From IMG/VR virus record IMGVR_UViG_3300006417_000262, positions 1 through 64,000 of that record: a DNA stretch of 64,000 nt; one strand, 5' to 3'. Every line of letters begins with the position of its first letter. Positions within the stretch are counted from its first letter, which is position 1. The notes beneath the pieces are model-generated. The model did no database searches and had not been told where the DNA came from. It saw nothing but the letters and a program-made list of their open reading frames with translations. Origin of the DNA: an uncultured virus (IMG/VR IMGVR_UViG_3300006417_000262). Lineage: Duplodnaviria > Heunggongvirae > Uroviricota > Caudoviricetes. Both the position numbers and the translations under genes were made by a program. Below are positions 10,123 to 18,717 of the stretch, piece after piece.

Positions 10123-11661
10123 ATGGGCGCACGTACCAAGGCGACGGAAGAGGATCTTAGGGCAGCTTGGGAAGCGAGGGAGACGACGAGGGTTGTCGCG
10201 TCGCGCCTCCGCATATCGAAAGACACGGTCTCGAAGATGTGGAGGGCGATGTACGGTGACGCCGAAGTCACTGCGCGAGGCAAGGAGCTGATTGCAGAGT
10301 CATGTTCCCGTGTCGGACTATCTGGGACGGGGAAGAAGAAGCTATACAAGACGGTGGACGTGGTGTGCTCTCGGTGCGGTGGCACCGTTACACGAACCAC
10401 GTTCCAAGTGGCCCGATTGGGTAGCGCGGACATCTGCGAGTCCTGCGCCGATGGAGATCCCTGCCCGGTGTGTGGTTTACGGGTGAATGGCGTGCGGGGA
10501 ATGTCTGGCCACTTCCGCCACCAACGGGATGCAGGTGATGAGACTCACAGCGCATATGCGGAGGCGCAGGAGGTGGCGCGGTGGGGTGCCTTGTCCGAAC
10601 CCGAAGACTATGTGACGTGCAGGGAGTGCGGGTACAGGGCATCCAACCTGACGGGACACATCAAGGTTCACGGTATCCAAGCCAGGACCTATCAGGCGAA
10701 GTATGGTCGGGATGCCCTGCTCCGGTCAAGTGCAGAAACACGGGGCATCATCGAGACGAGGCGAGGGAGATTCCCCAACGGAGTGCCGATTGCGACCAAG
10801 GTGGTGAAGTGCCCCGAGTGCGACGCCGAACGGGAAGTGTCCGGGCGGGCATCCCTTAGCCAAAAGGGTCTTCGCTGCGACCCGTGCAAGGAGACGGAGA
10901 AGCTAGTTCGGGCCAATGCACGGTGGGCCGAGTTGTCCGAGCCCGAGGATTACGTGACCTGCCGGGCCTGTGGGACATTTCGGGGTGTGACCCTAGGCTC
11001 CCATATCCGTAGTGTGCATCCCGACTTGGTTGGGCGGTATTCGGCCGTGTATGGCGATGCATCGACTATGGCCGTGAGCGCCCCGCAACGCAATGTAGGG
11101 GAGAAGGTTCACATCCGGAAGTCCGACCTGGTGCCGTTCATGGATGCGCAGGGGCGGGTGGAGGTTTCGCGCGCAGCGAGACACTTCGGCTGCGCCCATT
11201 ACACTGTCCTGCTTCGGTGCCGCAAGCACGACCTTCCTACGAGGAATGCCCTGGCATTGCAGAAGTGGGTGCTGGATCTCGTGTCCAAGAACCTTGGTGC
11301 AGGCTATGCGTGGGAGTGGTCTCACTCGGAGATCAAGAACCCCCGCACGGGCTACAGATTTCGATTTGACGGGTACTTCGCCACCCACAACCTATTGGTG
11401 GAGGTGCAAGGTGCGCAGCACTTCACGTACAACCCCTACTGGCACAAGTCCGAGGAGAACTACAAGCGCAGGCAGCAAGAGGATGCCTTGAAGTACCAGT
11501 TGGCGCGGGACTTGGGCTATCGGGTCTTGGAGGTGCGACACGACGAACCCTTCACGGACCCCTCCTACCTGGCGGGTCGCCTGGTGCAGATGGGGGTGTT
11601 GGCTCCGGGCTCGTGGGGCGGCAGCCCTGGTGGCGTGGAGGAGCTGGACCTGTTCGGTTAG
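10123..11661 (+). CDS. multi-Zn-finger protein with a C-terminal PD-(D/E)xK (Vsr/DUF559-like) endonuclease domain; putative free-standing homing endonuclease
   Basis: N-terminal HTH-like segment; many CxxC pairs; duplicated LSEPEDYVTCRxCG...HI repeat; FRFDGYF...LVEVQGAQHF...D..K...GYRVLEV. Confidence 0.75.
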   Translation: MGARTKATEEDLRAAWEARETTRVVASRLRISKDTVSKMWRAMYGDAEVTARGKELIAESCSRVGLSGTGKKKLYKTVDVVCSRCGGTVTRTTFQVARLGSADICESCADGDPCPVCGLRVNGVRGMSGHFRHQRDAGDETHSAYAEAQEVARWGALSEPEDYVTCRECGYRASNLTGHIKVHGIQARTYQAKYGRDALLRSSAETRGIIETRRGRFPNGVPIATKVVKCPECDAEREVSGRASLSQKGLRCDPCKETEKLVRANARWAELSEPEDYVTCRACGTFRGVTLGSHIRSVHPDLVGRYSAVYGDASTMAVSAPQRNVGEKVHIRKSDLVPFMDAQGRVEVSRAARHFGCAHYTVLLRCRKHDLPTRNALALQKWVLDLVSKNLGAGYAWEWSHSEIKNPRTGYRFRFDGYFATHNLLVEVQGAQHFTYNPYWHKSEENYKRRQQEDALKYQLARDLGYRVLEVRHDEPFTDPSYLAGRLVQMGVLAPGSWGGSPGGVEELDLFG

Positions 11662-11670
11662 AGGTAGAGT

Positions 11671-12417
11671 GTGGTTATGCACACGCCTCCAAAGTTTCAT
11701 TTCGCTGCAAAGTTCAACAAAAAGGACCGGGCTGTGTTCCGGGCTTGGTACAAGGAGAAGGTAGCGTTATGGGCGCATATGAGCACATGCACTCCTCCCC
11801 TTGTGGAGCGTGTTGTGGTGGGTCTAGCCATATCGGCAGATGGGAAGAAGCAGACGCCAAGGACTGCATCTTGGATATGGAGGGAAAACACAATGTTCTT
11901 CCCTCTAAGTCAGGCAAGAAACATGAACGATTTCTTGTTCCTGCTTCTTGCACATGAATTGACCCACGCATGGGACTTTGAGCAATATAAAGCGGCCAAG
12001 ATACCACTGGATCCCACCTTGTTGACCGACAAGGTCAATATCGCGCAAGGGGTGTGGTTAGAGTACCGCGCTGAGTTCCATTCATTCCGCCTTTTGCGCA
12101 ACCCTAGTCATGGGGTTTTGATTGGCTCTAATCCGCTTAACTATACGAATAATGTTGACACAAATTTGATCCAGGTCATCCGGCTAATGGGTCGGATGGA
12201 TGCAAGTGGCGTGGATTGGAAGACACATGTGGGTAGCGCCTTCCCCACGGGCCACGCGACACCTCCCATCGCTGAACTTGCGACCCTCCACGACTGCCTG
12301 ATTCAAGTGTGCCGTGACATCCACGGCTACCTTCAGATTGCAAAGGTGCTCGATGAGCATCCTGCGCTATGGACCCTCTCGGGCCACGCTACACCCCCTA
12401 CCGCCTCCCCCTCTTGA
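11671..12417 (+). CDS. HExxH-motif protein (putative zincin-like metallopeptidase)
   Basis: LLAHELTHAWD plus a downstream LEYRAE; visibly lower GC than its flanks. Confidence 0.55.
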   Translation: MVMHTPPKFHFAAKFNKKDRAVFRAWYKEKVALWAHMSTCTPPLVERVVVGLAISADGKKQTPRTASWIWRENTMFFPLSQARNMNDFLFLLLAHELTHAWDFEQYKAAKIPLDPTLLTDKVNIAQGVWLEYRAEFHSFRLLRNPSHGVLIGSNPLNYTNNVDTNLIQVIRLMGRMDASGVDWKTHVGSAFPTGHATPPIAELATLHDCLIQVCRDIHGYLQIAKVLDEHPALWTLSGHATPPTASPS

Positions 12418-12504
12418 TGCTCTTGTGAGGCCATGCGTTGGAAACCGTGACGGCTAAACCGGGTAGAGCTATGCGAAGAGGTGTGTGTGGCAAACAAGGA
12501 TTAC

Positions 12505-13260
12505 ATGGAATTCGCTTTTTCGGATGAGCCACGGGAACCGGCCCCTCCTGACCTGGTTGTTTCCCTGATGGGCATCCTTCCTGAAGGCTCGCGCATTGGG
12601 GTCGGGAACGAGGTCTACACGATGATTGGGCACTGGAACGACGGAGGCCCTGCCTGGCGCGATACCAATGGTAGTGACTGGCAGGTGGGGGCAATTACGG
12701 GGGAGGTTGCTTGGGTGGACGGGCCGTCCAACTGGCAGGAGGAGGACTGCGACGAGGATGATTCCGTGGAGAGCATGGGGTCACACAACCCTCTCACGTT
12801 CCGTGAATACATGGGCGTGATGCGGTACACGGGCGGGCCCGTTCGTGAGCACCTCTCGGGCCTTGGGGGGGAGACTTGGGCTTCCCCTGATGAGTTGAGA
12901 GCAGTCCTTCACAACAAGAATGCTCGGGTGGAGCAGATTGCCGCTGTCGACAAAGCTGAGGCGTGCTGGTCTTCCTTAAAAAGCAGGGAGCTATCCTATC
13001 GTGACCACCTTAAACTGGCGCAAAGTCTTCGCGCCGCGCGGACGTCTGTCATTGATGCGATGCTTCGGTTGGGCACGCTCTGTGGAGTGGCCGATCCTGG
13101 TTACCAGGATGCGGATCGCGCGATGGAGATGATCGCAGAGTGTTTGTGTGGTCTCGACATGCGCCTATATAAAACCCATCGTCGAGATTTCGACGAGTTC
13201 GACCCATACATGAGCAGCCTAGCGGACATCGCGGAGATGCTTCGTAGATCAAAAGCCTGA
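12505..13260 (+). CDS. hypothetical protein
   Basis: Long ORF with AAGGA RBS before ATG 12505. Confidence 0.6.
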   Translation: MEFAFSDEPREPAPPDLVVSLMGILPEGSRIGVGNEVYTMIGHWNDGGPAWRDTNGSDWQVGAITGEVAWVDGPSNWQEEDCDEDDSVESMGSHNPLTFREYMGVMRYTGGPVREHLSGLGGETWASPDELRAVLHNKNARVEQIAAVDKAEACWSSLKSRELSYRDHLKLAQSLRAARTSVIDAMLRLGTLCGVADPGYQDADRAMEMIAECLCGLDMRLYKTHRRDFDEFDPYMSSLADIAEMLRRSKA

Positions 13261-13261
13261 C

Positions 13262-13282
13262 TACCAGGAAGGCCTGGTATTT
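13262..13282 (+). terminator. putative intrinsic terminator between convergent genes
   Basis: TACCAGG-AAGG-CCTGGTA followed by TTT. Confidence 0.45.
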
Positions 13283-13301
13283 CCGTAGGGGTGTGGGTGG
13301 C

Positions 13302-15245
13302 CTACGTTATCGCCCCTGAACCCTTCTTGCCGTGCAGGGTGGCCTTGATCAGTTCATCCGCATCGAGGCCCAAGACGGCGAGGGTGAGGGCGTGGTCGTC
13401 CAGCAGGCTGTCGGAGTCCACGCTTGACCATAGGTCTCCAGCGGTCAACCGCATGCGCTCACCATAGGCGAGCGCCTCAATCACCTTGCCGCCAAGACGA
13501 ACGGCATACTTCTCGAGCACGACCGTCTGGACCTTCTCTCTGTCCTCTAGGTGTAGATAGTCCATCATCCGCGTCACCGTCTCGGCAAACACGGAGAACT
13601 TCTGGTTGATGATGAGGCGGTTGTGGCTGCGATCGTACTGTGCCGCAATCAGTCCGTCCAAGTCCTCGAAGATGATCTTGGGCTGTATGCCGGTATTGGC
13701 ATGCTTGGATGCCTTCACACGCGGGCGTGAAGTCCCATTGCCTGATGAGGGGCCTGGCTTGGATGGGTCTGGCACATCGCTATTGCCCTGACCATGGTGG
13801 CCCTTCCCCCCTCCACGGCCTTTTTGCTTTGTATCGGTGTCCGGGAGAGTGGAGCCGGTCGTAGTACCAGCGGGCCCGTCTCCCGTTGACCCGAACTGCC
13901 CTTCTGATGGACGTGTGGGCGTCTGGGGCGCAAGCAGGTGCTTGTACCTCTCGGCGATCTCCTGCTGGATGCGCTCAAGAAGGTCCTCCCCGTTCGGCAT
14001 GGGGTTGTCGAACAGTGTGATGAGGTCCTTGATTTCTGCTGGCATCACCTGCTCGAAGTCGAACCCCCAACGTTCCCATGGGAGATCACCACTAGCTTGG
14101 ACGGTTAGCCGGCTGCGACTTCCATTGGTGTAGATGCCTTCGGCTTCATGGTCGGGTTCAACGAAGATGGACAGACGGTGCCGCACCTCCTTGTTACGGA
14201 TGCCCATGAGCCGGAACCTGCTCATGTCCTTCTGCCGGGAGGTCACCTCGTAGATTTCATTCTTGTAGATGACGCCGATGGTGCCCGGGGGATGGCCCGC
14301 ATCGCTATCGTTGGGCACGAGGGGGGTGATGAACCAGTGCACCTTGGCGTTGTGAATCTCGACAGTCCCGTAGCTACCCTTGACTTGCGGGTTGGGGTCC
14401 CGTTTCTTGCTCTTTCGGTTGTCTCCTAATGCCCATGACAACATGGCGTCCTGTGTGCCGTGTACCACTCGGGTACAGCCACAATTCTTCTCGCGACGAC
14501 CGCGCCACCTTATGGGGCCGCCCTTCGGCTTTAGGAATTCCTGGTTATTCCAGACTTTGGTGTTGGTCCCTTGCGGGTCGAACACGCTAACGGTGATGCC
14601 CTCGAACCTCCAGAACCGCTTGTTGATATGTCGGTGGAAGTCCGTCTGGTACGTTGTGTCCGTCTCATGCCTTCCGCGTAGGATGAAGATCGTGCCGTGA
14701 TCGCGCGGGATGGCAGGAATACTGTTCCCATCATCATCCATAACGACGGCCTGCTCACCCTCTACGAAAAGCTCGGTCTGGTACTCCTCCGGGATGTCTA
14801 TCACGTCGTCCACGACGACGTACTCCCCGTCTGCCCGTCTTGACATGCGGATGTATCCGCCTTGACCCCCCTGCCACGACATTACGTCAACGCCATGCGG
14901 GTTTGCCGGGAGCGTCGCGATCTTGGCTCCCATGCCGAAGTGGTCGTTGGGACCCATCCCCTTGCTAGAGGATGACAGATTGCTGAAGTAACGGCGTAGG
15001 TCTTCGTCATTCATGCCGCACCCGTTATCGATGACGGCGATGCGCATCACGGCACGGTCGGTTCTACGGGCCTCGACGGTATCCGGACATATGAAGACCC
15101 GCGTCGCGCCGGCTTCTTGCGAATTCCGGATCAGCTCGAACAGGAATTGATGTTCGGGCGCCTCCCGGTAGGCGCGGTCGACGAGGGGGCCGCAGCGGTC
15201 GAGGCCGAGGGGGGATGCTTTGCCGAAGGTAGTCATGACAGGCAC
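13302..15245 (-). CDS. GHKL-superfamily (MORC/Hsp90-like) ATPase
   Basis: ELIRNSQEAGA (N box), IDNGCGM (G1), HFGMGAKIA (G2), HGT (G3); low-complexity G/S/K linker before the C-terminal domain. Confidence 0.8.
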   Translation of the reverse strand: MPVMTTFGKASPLGLDRCGPLVDRAYREAPEHQFLFELIRNSQEAGATRVFICPDTVEARRTDRAVMRIAVIDNGCGMNDEDLRRYFSNLSSSSKGMGPNDHFGMGAKIATLPANPHGVDVMSWQGGQGGYIRMSRRADGEYVVVDDVIDIPEEYQTELFVEGEQAVVMDDDGNSIPAIPRDHGTIFILRGRHETDTTYQTDFHRHINKRFWRFEGITVSVFDPQGTNTKVWNNQEFLKPKGGPIRWRGRREKNCGCTRVVHGTQDAMLSWALGDNRKSKKRDPNPQVKGSYGTVEIHNAKVHWFITPLVPNDSDAGHPPGTIGVIYKNEIYEVTSRQKDMSRFRLMGIRNKEVRHRLSIFVEPDHEAEGIYTNGSRSRLTVQASGDLPWERWGFDFEQVMPAEIKDLITLFDNPMPNGEDLLERIQQEIAERYKHLLAPQTPTRPSEGQFGSTGDGPAGTTTGSTLPDTDTKQKGRGGGKGHHGQGNSDVPDPSKPGPSSGNGTSRPRVKASKHANTGIQPKIIFEDLDGLIAAQYDRSHNRLIINQKFSVFAETVTRMMDYLHLEDREKVQTVVLEKYAVRLGGKVIEALAYGERMRLTAGDLWSSVDSDSLLDDHALTLAVLGLDADELIKATLHGKKGSGAIT

Positions 15246-15330
15246 TACGCGCTTTTGGTTGCAGGACGACCCGCATCCCTCTGCCGGTGCTTTTGAGCGT
15301 ACTTGGACCTGTTCGGTTCTGATGCACGGT

Positions 15331-15345
15331 CAATAACCCGTGTAT
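15331..15345 (+). promoter_or_regulatory. class B motif CAATAA-N6-TAT (putative late promoter)
   Basis: Pattern match about 30 nt upstream of ATG 15375. Confidence 0.45.
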
Positions 15346-15374
15346 CAATCTCGGGGTGGCAATGGAGCCATCTC

Positions 15375-15830
15375 ATGAGTGACGTACTGCGTTCACGGGT
15401 GATTCGCCTGGCGGCCACCCTCCCTACCGACTCGGACACGCGCAAGGCATTGCTTGACGTGTTGGCCCACGACAAGTCGGCGGGGGCCCGTCCGTTGCTT
15501 GATGTCGTGCAGACCGTGGCGGATCGTCACTTCGGGAAGCGCGGTTGGGATGGGGAGTTCCGGAAGGACACCTACGCCATGAAGCTGCCTGGTGGCCCCT
15601 ATTGGCGTGGTGGCTACTTCGCAGACAGCATGGCCGATGTACTTCGGCATGCACCGGGCGCCATCAAGCAGTTTCTGTTGGCTCTCGACAAGGAGATCAA
15701 GAACTGGGTCGCACAGCATCCCGACGAGGACGGTGGGCTCAACAAGCTCGCGTTTAGCTTCACGGATGACTCAGGGAACGACCAGGCGTGGACCATCCAG
15801 ATTTGGGAGGTCTACCCCTCTCCTACCTGA
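15375..15830 (+). CDS. hypothetical protein with an N-terminal LR-x3-IRLAA...KSA motif; candidate virion-packaged protein
   Basis: MSDVLRSRVIRLAATLP...RKALLDVLAHDKSAG; the same motif occurs in 30064..31146; GGAG RBS. Confidence 0.6.
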   Translation: MSDVLRSRVIRLAATLPTDSDTRKALLDVLAHDKSAGARPLLDVVQTVADRHFGKRGWDGEFRKDTYAMKLPGGPYWRGGYFADSMADVLRHAPGAIKQFLLALDKEIKNWVAQHPDEDGGLNKLAFSFTDDSGNDQAWTIQIWEVYPSPT

Positions 15831-15846
15831 ACGGGTAGCGTGCCCT

Positions 15847-16092
15847 ATGCCTTCCGCACGCTTGACCGAGATCGCCCGCATCCAGGCCGCCCTGGTTCGC
15901 CATCGTCAACGTATCGACGACATGGACCGCGAGTGGCGCAGGCGCGATGGCTCGTGTTGCCCTGGGTGCATGTTCGGCGCGGAGTACAGCGAGGCGGTCG
16001 ACAAGGTGGGGCAGGTCGAAGCCTGGCTTGAGGCCCGTAAGGCGGGTAGGGGAGCCCTACGAGCGAGCACATTCACAGGTGGCATGCCCTGA
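15847..16092 (+). CDS. hypothetical protein (CCPGC motif)
   Basis: MPSARLTEIARIQ..., 81 aa. Confidence 0.5.
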   Translation: MPSARLTEIARIQAALVRHRQRIDDMDREWRRRDGSCCPGCMFGAEYSEAVDKVGQVEAWLEARKAGRGALRASTFTGGMP

Positions 16093-16149
16093 ATGAGACG
16101 GGCGTGGCGTATGCCTGCCATGCAGAAGACTGCGTCGTCGGTCGTGGTG

Positions 16150-16377
16150 TCACTCCGCAGCCCGCTGCATCACCAACCGAGCAAGGGCGTACACGGCCGG
16201 GCGACATTCTGGCCATTCTGGATACACGCCCACCAACACCTGGCAATGCGTCTGCCTCCACAACGGGCAGTTTCGCGTGCATTGTGGTAACAGTGGCGGG
16301 GCCATAGTAGGGGTAAGCCCCTCAGCCTCGGTGTCCACGCAGGCTGCTTGGATTTGGCTCAGCAGGTCAGTGGACAT
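16150..16377 (-). CDS. hypothetical Cys-rich protein
   Basis: 75 aa with CxxxCPLW...C...C; GGAG RBS. Confidence 0.5.
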   Translation of the reverse strand: MSTDLLSQIQAACVDTEAEGLTPTMAPPLLPQCTRNCPLWRQTHCQVLVGVYPEWPECRPAVYALARLVMQRAAE

Positions 16378-16441
16378 CGTCAGTTCTCCAGGGTGTGACA
16401 GAGGTGGGGGGAGTCGTTGGGGGTCGGGTATTGCATCGGGG

Positions 16442-16621
16442 TCACCCGTCGGTGCGCCACGGCCAATAGGTGAGCGACACAGGGCCGCAGGCCACCCTTC
16501 CGCTGCTCCAGTTGGGCCACTCCATGGGGAGCCCGACCGTGAGCATGAAGGAGTCGCGCCATCCTACGAACAGGTGGGTGTCCCATCCTGTTCCCATGAC
16601 GTGAAAGCTAGGCTTCGTCAC
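16442..16621 (-). CDS. hypothetical protein (59 aa, Trp-rich)
   Basis: Manual translation from GTG: MTKPSFHVMGTGWDTHLFVGW...YWPWRTDG*, starting just after the upstream stop. Confidence 0.45.
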   Translation of the reverse strand: MTKPSFHVMGTGWDTHLFVGWRDSFMLTVGLPMEWPNWSSGRVACGPVSLTYWPWRTDG

Positions 16622-16625
16622 TTTG

Positions 16626-17030
16626 TCACTTCGTCCCCGTCATGGCCTTGACTTCATGGCCGAACCCGCAGGAGGTGAGCACGCCGAAGATGGCCGCGAC
16701 ATCGTTCTTGCGCTTCTCGATGTCGGCGAGACGCTTGGCCTCGGCGTTGCGCTCACGGGCGTCCGCGCTCTGGACAGCCTGACGGAGCGCACGGACGAAG
16801 TAGCCCACGTCCGCGTTCCCGATGCTGTTGAAGCCGGGCTTACCCTGCTTACGGAGCACCCATTCGGTCACCCGCTTGGCCCGCCGTCCCTTTCCGAACA
16901 CGAGGTTCTCCATGGTGACGGTCGCCTTGACCCGCCCGCACGGGGACGTGAAGGACACCCGCCCGATGTGGCCGGTGATGGTCCAGTCGGGGAGGTAGGG
17001 GGTGAAGTCGTTGGGGGTCGGGGCTTGCAT
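16626..17030 (-). CDS. hypothetical protein
   Basis: 134 aa, GGAG RBS, downstream of a class A motif. Confidence 0.7.
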   Translation of the reverse strand: MQAPTPNDFTPYLPDWTITGHIGRVSFTSPCGRVKATVTMENLVFGKGRRAKRVTEWVLRKQGKPGFNSIGNADVGYFVRALRQAVQSADARERNAEAKRLADIEKRKNDVAAIFGVLTSCGFGHEVKAMTGTK

Positions 17031-17054
17031 CGGGGTCTCCAGTATTGGATCTAC

Positions 17055-17081
17055 CTACGCGGGTGGCCCTTGACCCTGAAC
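17055..17081 (-). promoter_or_regulatory. class A motif GTTCAGG-N16-GTAG
   Basis: Exact motif 2 nt after the upstream TAG. Confidence 0.7.
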
Positions 17082-17083
17082 CT

Positions 17084-17323
17084 CTAGCCGAGCCCGTTGT
17101 AGCGGCGGGCGGCTTCCACGGGGTCCGAGCCCTCGTAGACGACATCCTCTTCCATGTCGGGATCGTCGAAGTAGCAGCGGGTCACCAGGTAGGTGGTCGC
17201 TCCTGTCCGGCCGATGCTCTTGCGCTGGGTGCGGTCGGCCGTGGTGGCCGAGGCATAGTTGATGTACTTCGCGTCGATGTACGCGACCATGTCGTTGGCG
17301 TCGATGATTTGGGGGCGGCTCAT
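17084..17323 (-). CDS. hypothetical protein
   Basis: 79 aa lying between two class A motifs. Confidence 0.7.
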   Translation of the reverse strand: MSRPQIIDANDMVAYIDAKYINYASATTADRTQRKSIGRTGATTYLVTRCYFDDPDMEEDVVYEGSDPVEAARRYNGLG

Positions 17324-17355
17324 GGCGTGCTCCCGTGGTGCTTCGTTGACCCCTT

Positions 17356-17382
17356 CTACGCGGTAGGTTCGCCATCCTGAAC
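17356..17382 (-). promoter_or_regulatory. class A motif GTTCAGG-N16-GTAG
   Basis: Exact motif 3 nt after the RNase H stop. Confidence 0.7.
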
Positions 17383-17385
17383 CGG

Positions 17386-17868
17386 CTAGCGTCGGGCCTT
17401 GCGGGCCAGGGCGTCCACTCGGTTGTTGAGCCAGCCTCGCACGCCCCCTTCGTTCGGGGACTGGTGGCTACGGACCCACTTGATGCGGATGCGGACTTCG
17501 GAGCCCTGGTCGGCCGCCTTCGCGTTGAGGGCGGCCTTGAGGCGTTCCTGGAGGGCGCGGAAGTCGCTCCTACGGTGGGGCGTCGCCCCGTACTTGAGGC
17601 AGCCTTGCGCCGTCTGTGAGTCGGTATTGACCCCTATCCCGTCGACCCGTGTCCACGTCTGGAGGACGTGCTCGACCCCGACCACGATGGCGTGCATCTC
17701 GGCCACGTTGCTGTCCTTGCAGGGGTCAGGGACGGGCCCGCAGATCTCCGTGCGGAACGGAGGGAAGCTGTGGCGGGTGCGGCATCCGTAGGTGCCTCTG
17801 GCGACGGGGTGGAATCCCGCGTCGGTGTAGAGCGTCACCCAATGCAGCCAGGGGTCGTTGTCGTTCAT
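17386..17868 (-). CDS. ribonuclease HI-like protein
   Basis: LYTDAG, NVAEMHAI, VNTDSQ, WVRSH and NNRVDALA give the full D-E-D-(H)-D catalytic set. Confidence 0.85.
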   Translation of the reverse strand: MNDNDPWLHWVTLYTDAGFHPVARGTYGCRTRHSFPPFRTEICGPVPDPCKDSNVAEMHAIVVGVEHVLQTWTRVDGIGVNTDSQTAQGCLKYGATPHRRSDFRALQERLKAALNAKAADQGSEVRIRIKWVRSHQSPNEGGVRGWLNNRVDALARKARR

Positions 17869-17875
17869 CCTGCTC

Positions 17876-18409
17876 CTACCCGGCCCGGTCCTTGTCCTGA
17901 ACGGGCCCGAGCATCATGGTCTGGATCTGCCCGCCGCATCCCGAGTTGAGCGCGATGGCTGCGCGGACGCCGATGATGGGGTTGGTGCCGCCCGTGGCGA
18001 ACAGGGCCCCGCGGGCTTCGGGCCCTCCCGAGCCGATCGCGTACCAACCTCGCGTGACCGGTATGACGGACCCGTCTGCGTTGAGTTCCACGATGCACGT
18101 TCGGGTGCCGATTATGGCGTTGATGCCGAGGGTATCTTTGTCCTTTCGCATCCTCATGTTCGCGTCATGGGCACGCCAGTAGTCGTACAGCGTATACCCG
18201 TATAGAACGACATCCTCCCCATCCTTGTAGTGGGGGGCGTTCATCATGGACCGATCATAGTGGACGGTGCCCGTCATCCCCACGATGGCATCCCCCAGTC
18301 GGAAGAGCTTGGTCGCGTCATCTCGATAGGTGGTGCCCCCATAGGCGATGCGGCTCTCGCTGGCCATCCGGAGGACTCCATCAACGAGGGTGGCTGCGAT
18401 GACGGTCAT
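17876..18409 (-). CDS. Ntn-hydrolase, HslV/proteasome beta-subunit-like protease
   Basis: N-terminal M-Thr nucleophile (MTVIAA), ASESR, TKLF, GMTG, YAIGSGG, NSGCGG. Confidence 0.8.
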   Translation of the reverse strand: MTVIAATLVDGVLRMASESRIAYGGTTYRDDATKLFRLGDAIVGMTGTVHYDRSMMNAPHYKDGEDVVLYGYTLYDYWRAHDANMRMRKDKDTLGINAIIGTRTCIVELNADGSVIPVTRGWYAIGSGGPEARGALFATGGTNPIIGVRAAIALNSGCGGQIQTMMLGPVQDKDRAG

Positions 18410-18453
18410 GAGGTGGCCTTCCTACGATAGGTGGTGGCCCTTCCCTACACGCT

Positions 18454-18717
18454 TTAGAAGTCCAGTCCCTGGAGCGTGATGCCAGCCTGGCGAAGGATGG
18501 AGAGGATGGGGCTCATGTTCGTGTCGCACTCGTAGAAGGCTTGCGTGATGGGCCCGTGCGGGATGGTGGTGAGGGCTTCGAGGAGCATGTCCCGTTGTTC
18601 CCCGATGGAGAGGCACGGGAGCAGCTCTTCGATGTTGCCGTGGCCGTCAGCGGTGGGGATCTCGCGCAGAAGCTCGAGCAACATGTCCCGTTGTTCTCGG
18701 AGGCCGAGGGTGTTCAT
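18454..18717 (-). CDS. hypothetical protein with an internal duplication
   Basis: EQRDMLLE(L/A)LxxIP occurs twice. Confidence 0.55.
   Translation of the reverse strand: MNTLGLREQRDMLLELLREIPTADGHGNIEELLPCLSIGEQRDMLLEALTTIPHGPITQAFYECDTNMSPILSILRQAGITLQGLDF

Larger units (their letters stand above)
16412..17037. repeat. 32-bp direct repeat (30/32 identity) at 16412-16443 and 17006-17037
   Basis: AGTCGTTGGGGGTCGGG(TA/GC)TTGCATCGGGGTC; each copy covers an MQxPTPND gene start on the minus strand. Confidence 0.85.

Noticed and set aside
13302..13321. CTAC...CCTGAAC resembling a class A motif (also at 15812-15832)
   Set aside because: Spacers are only about 9-10 nt and there is no correctly oriented downstream gene.
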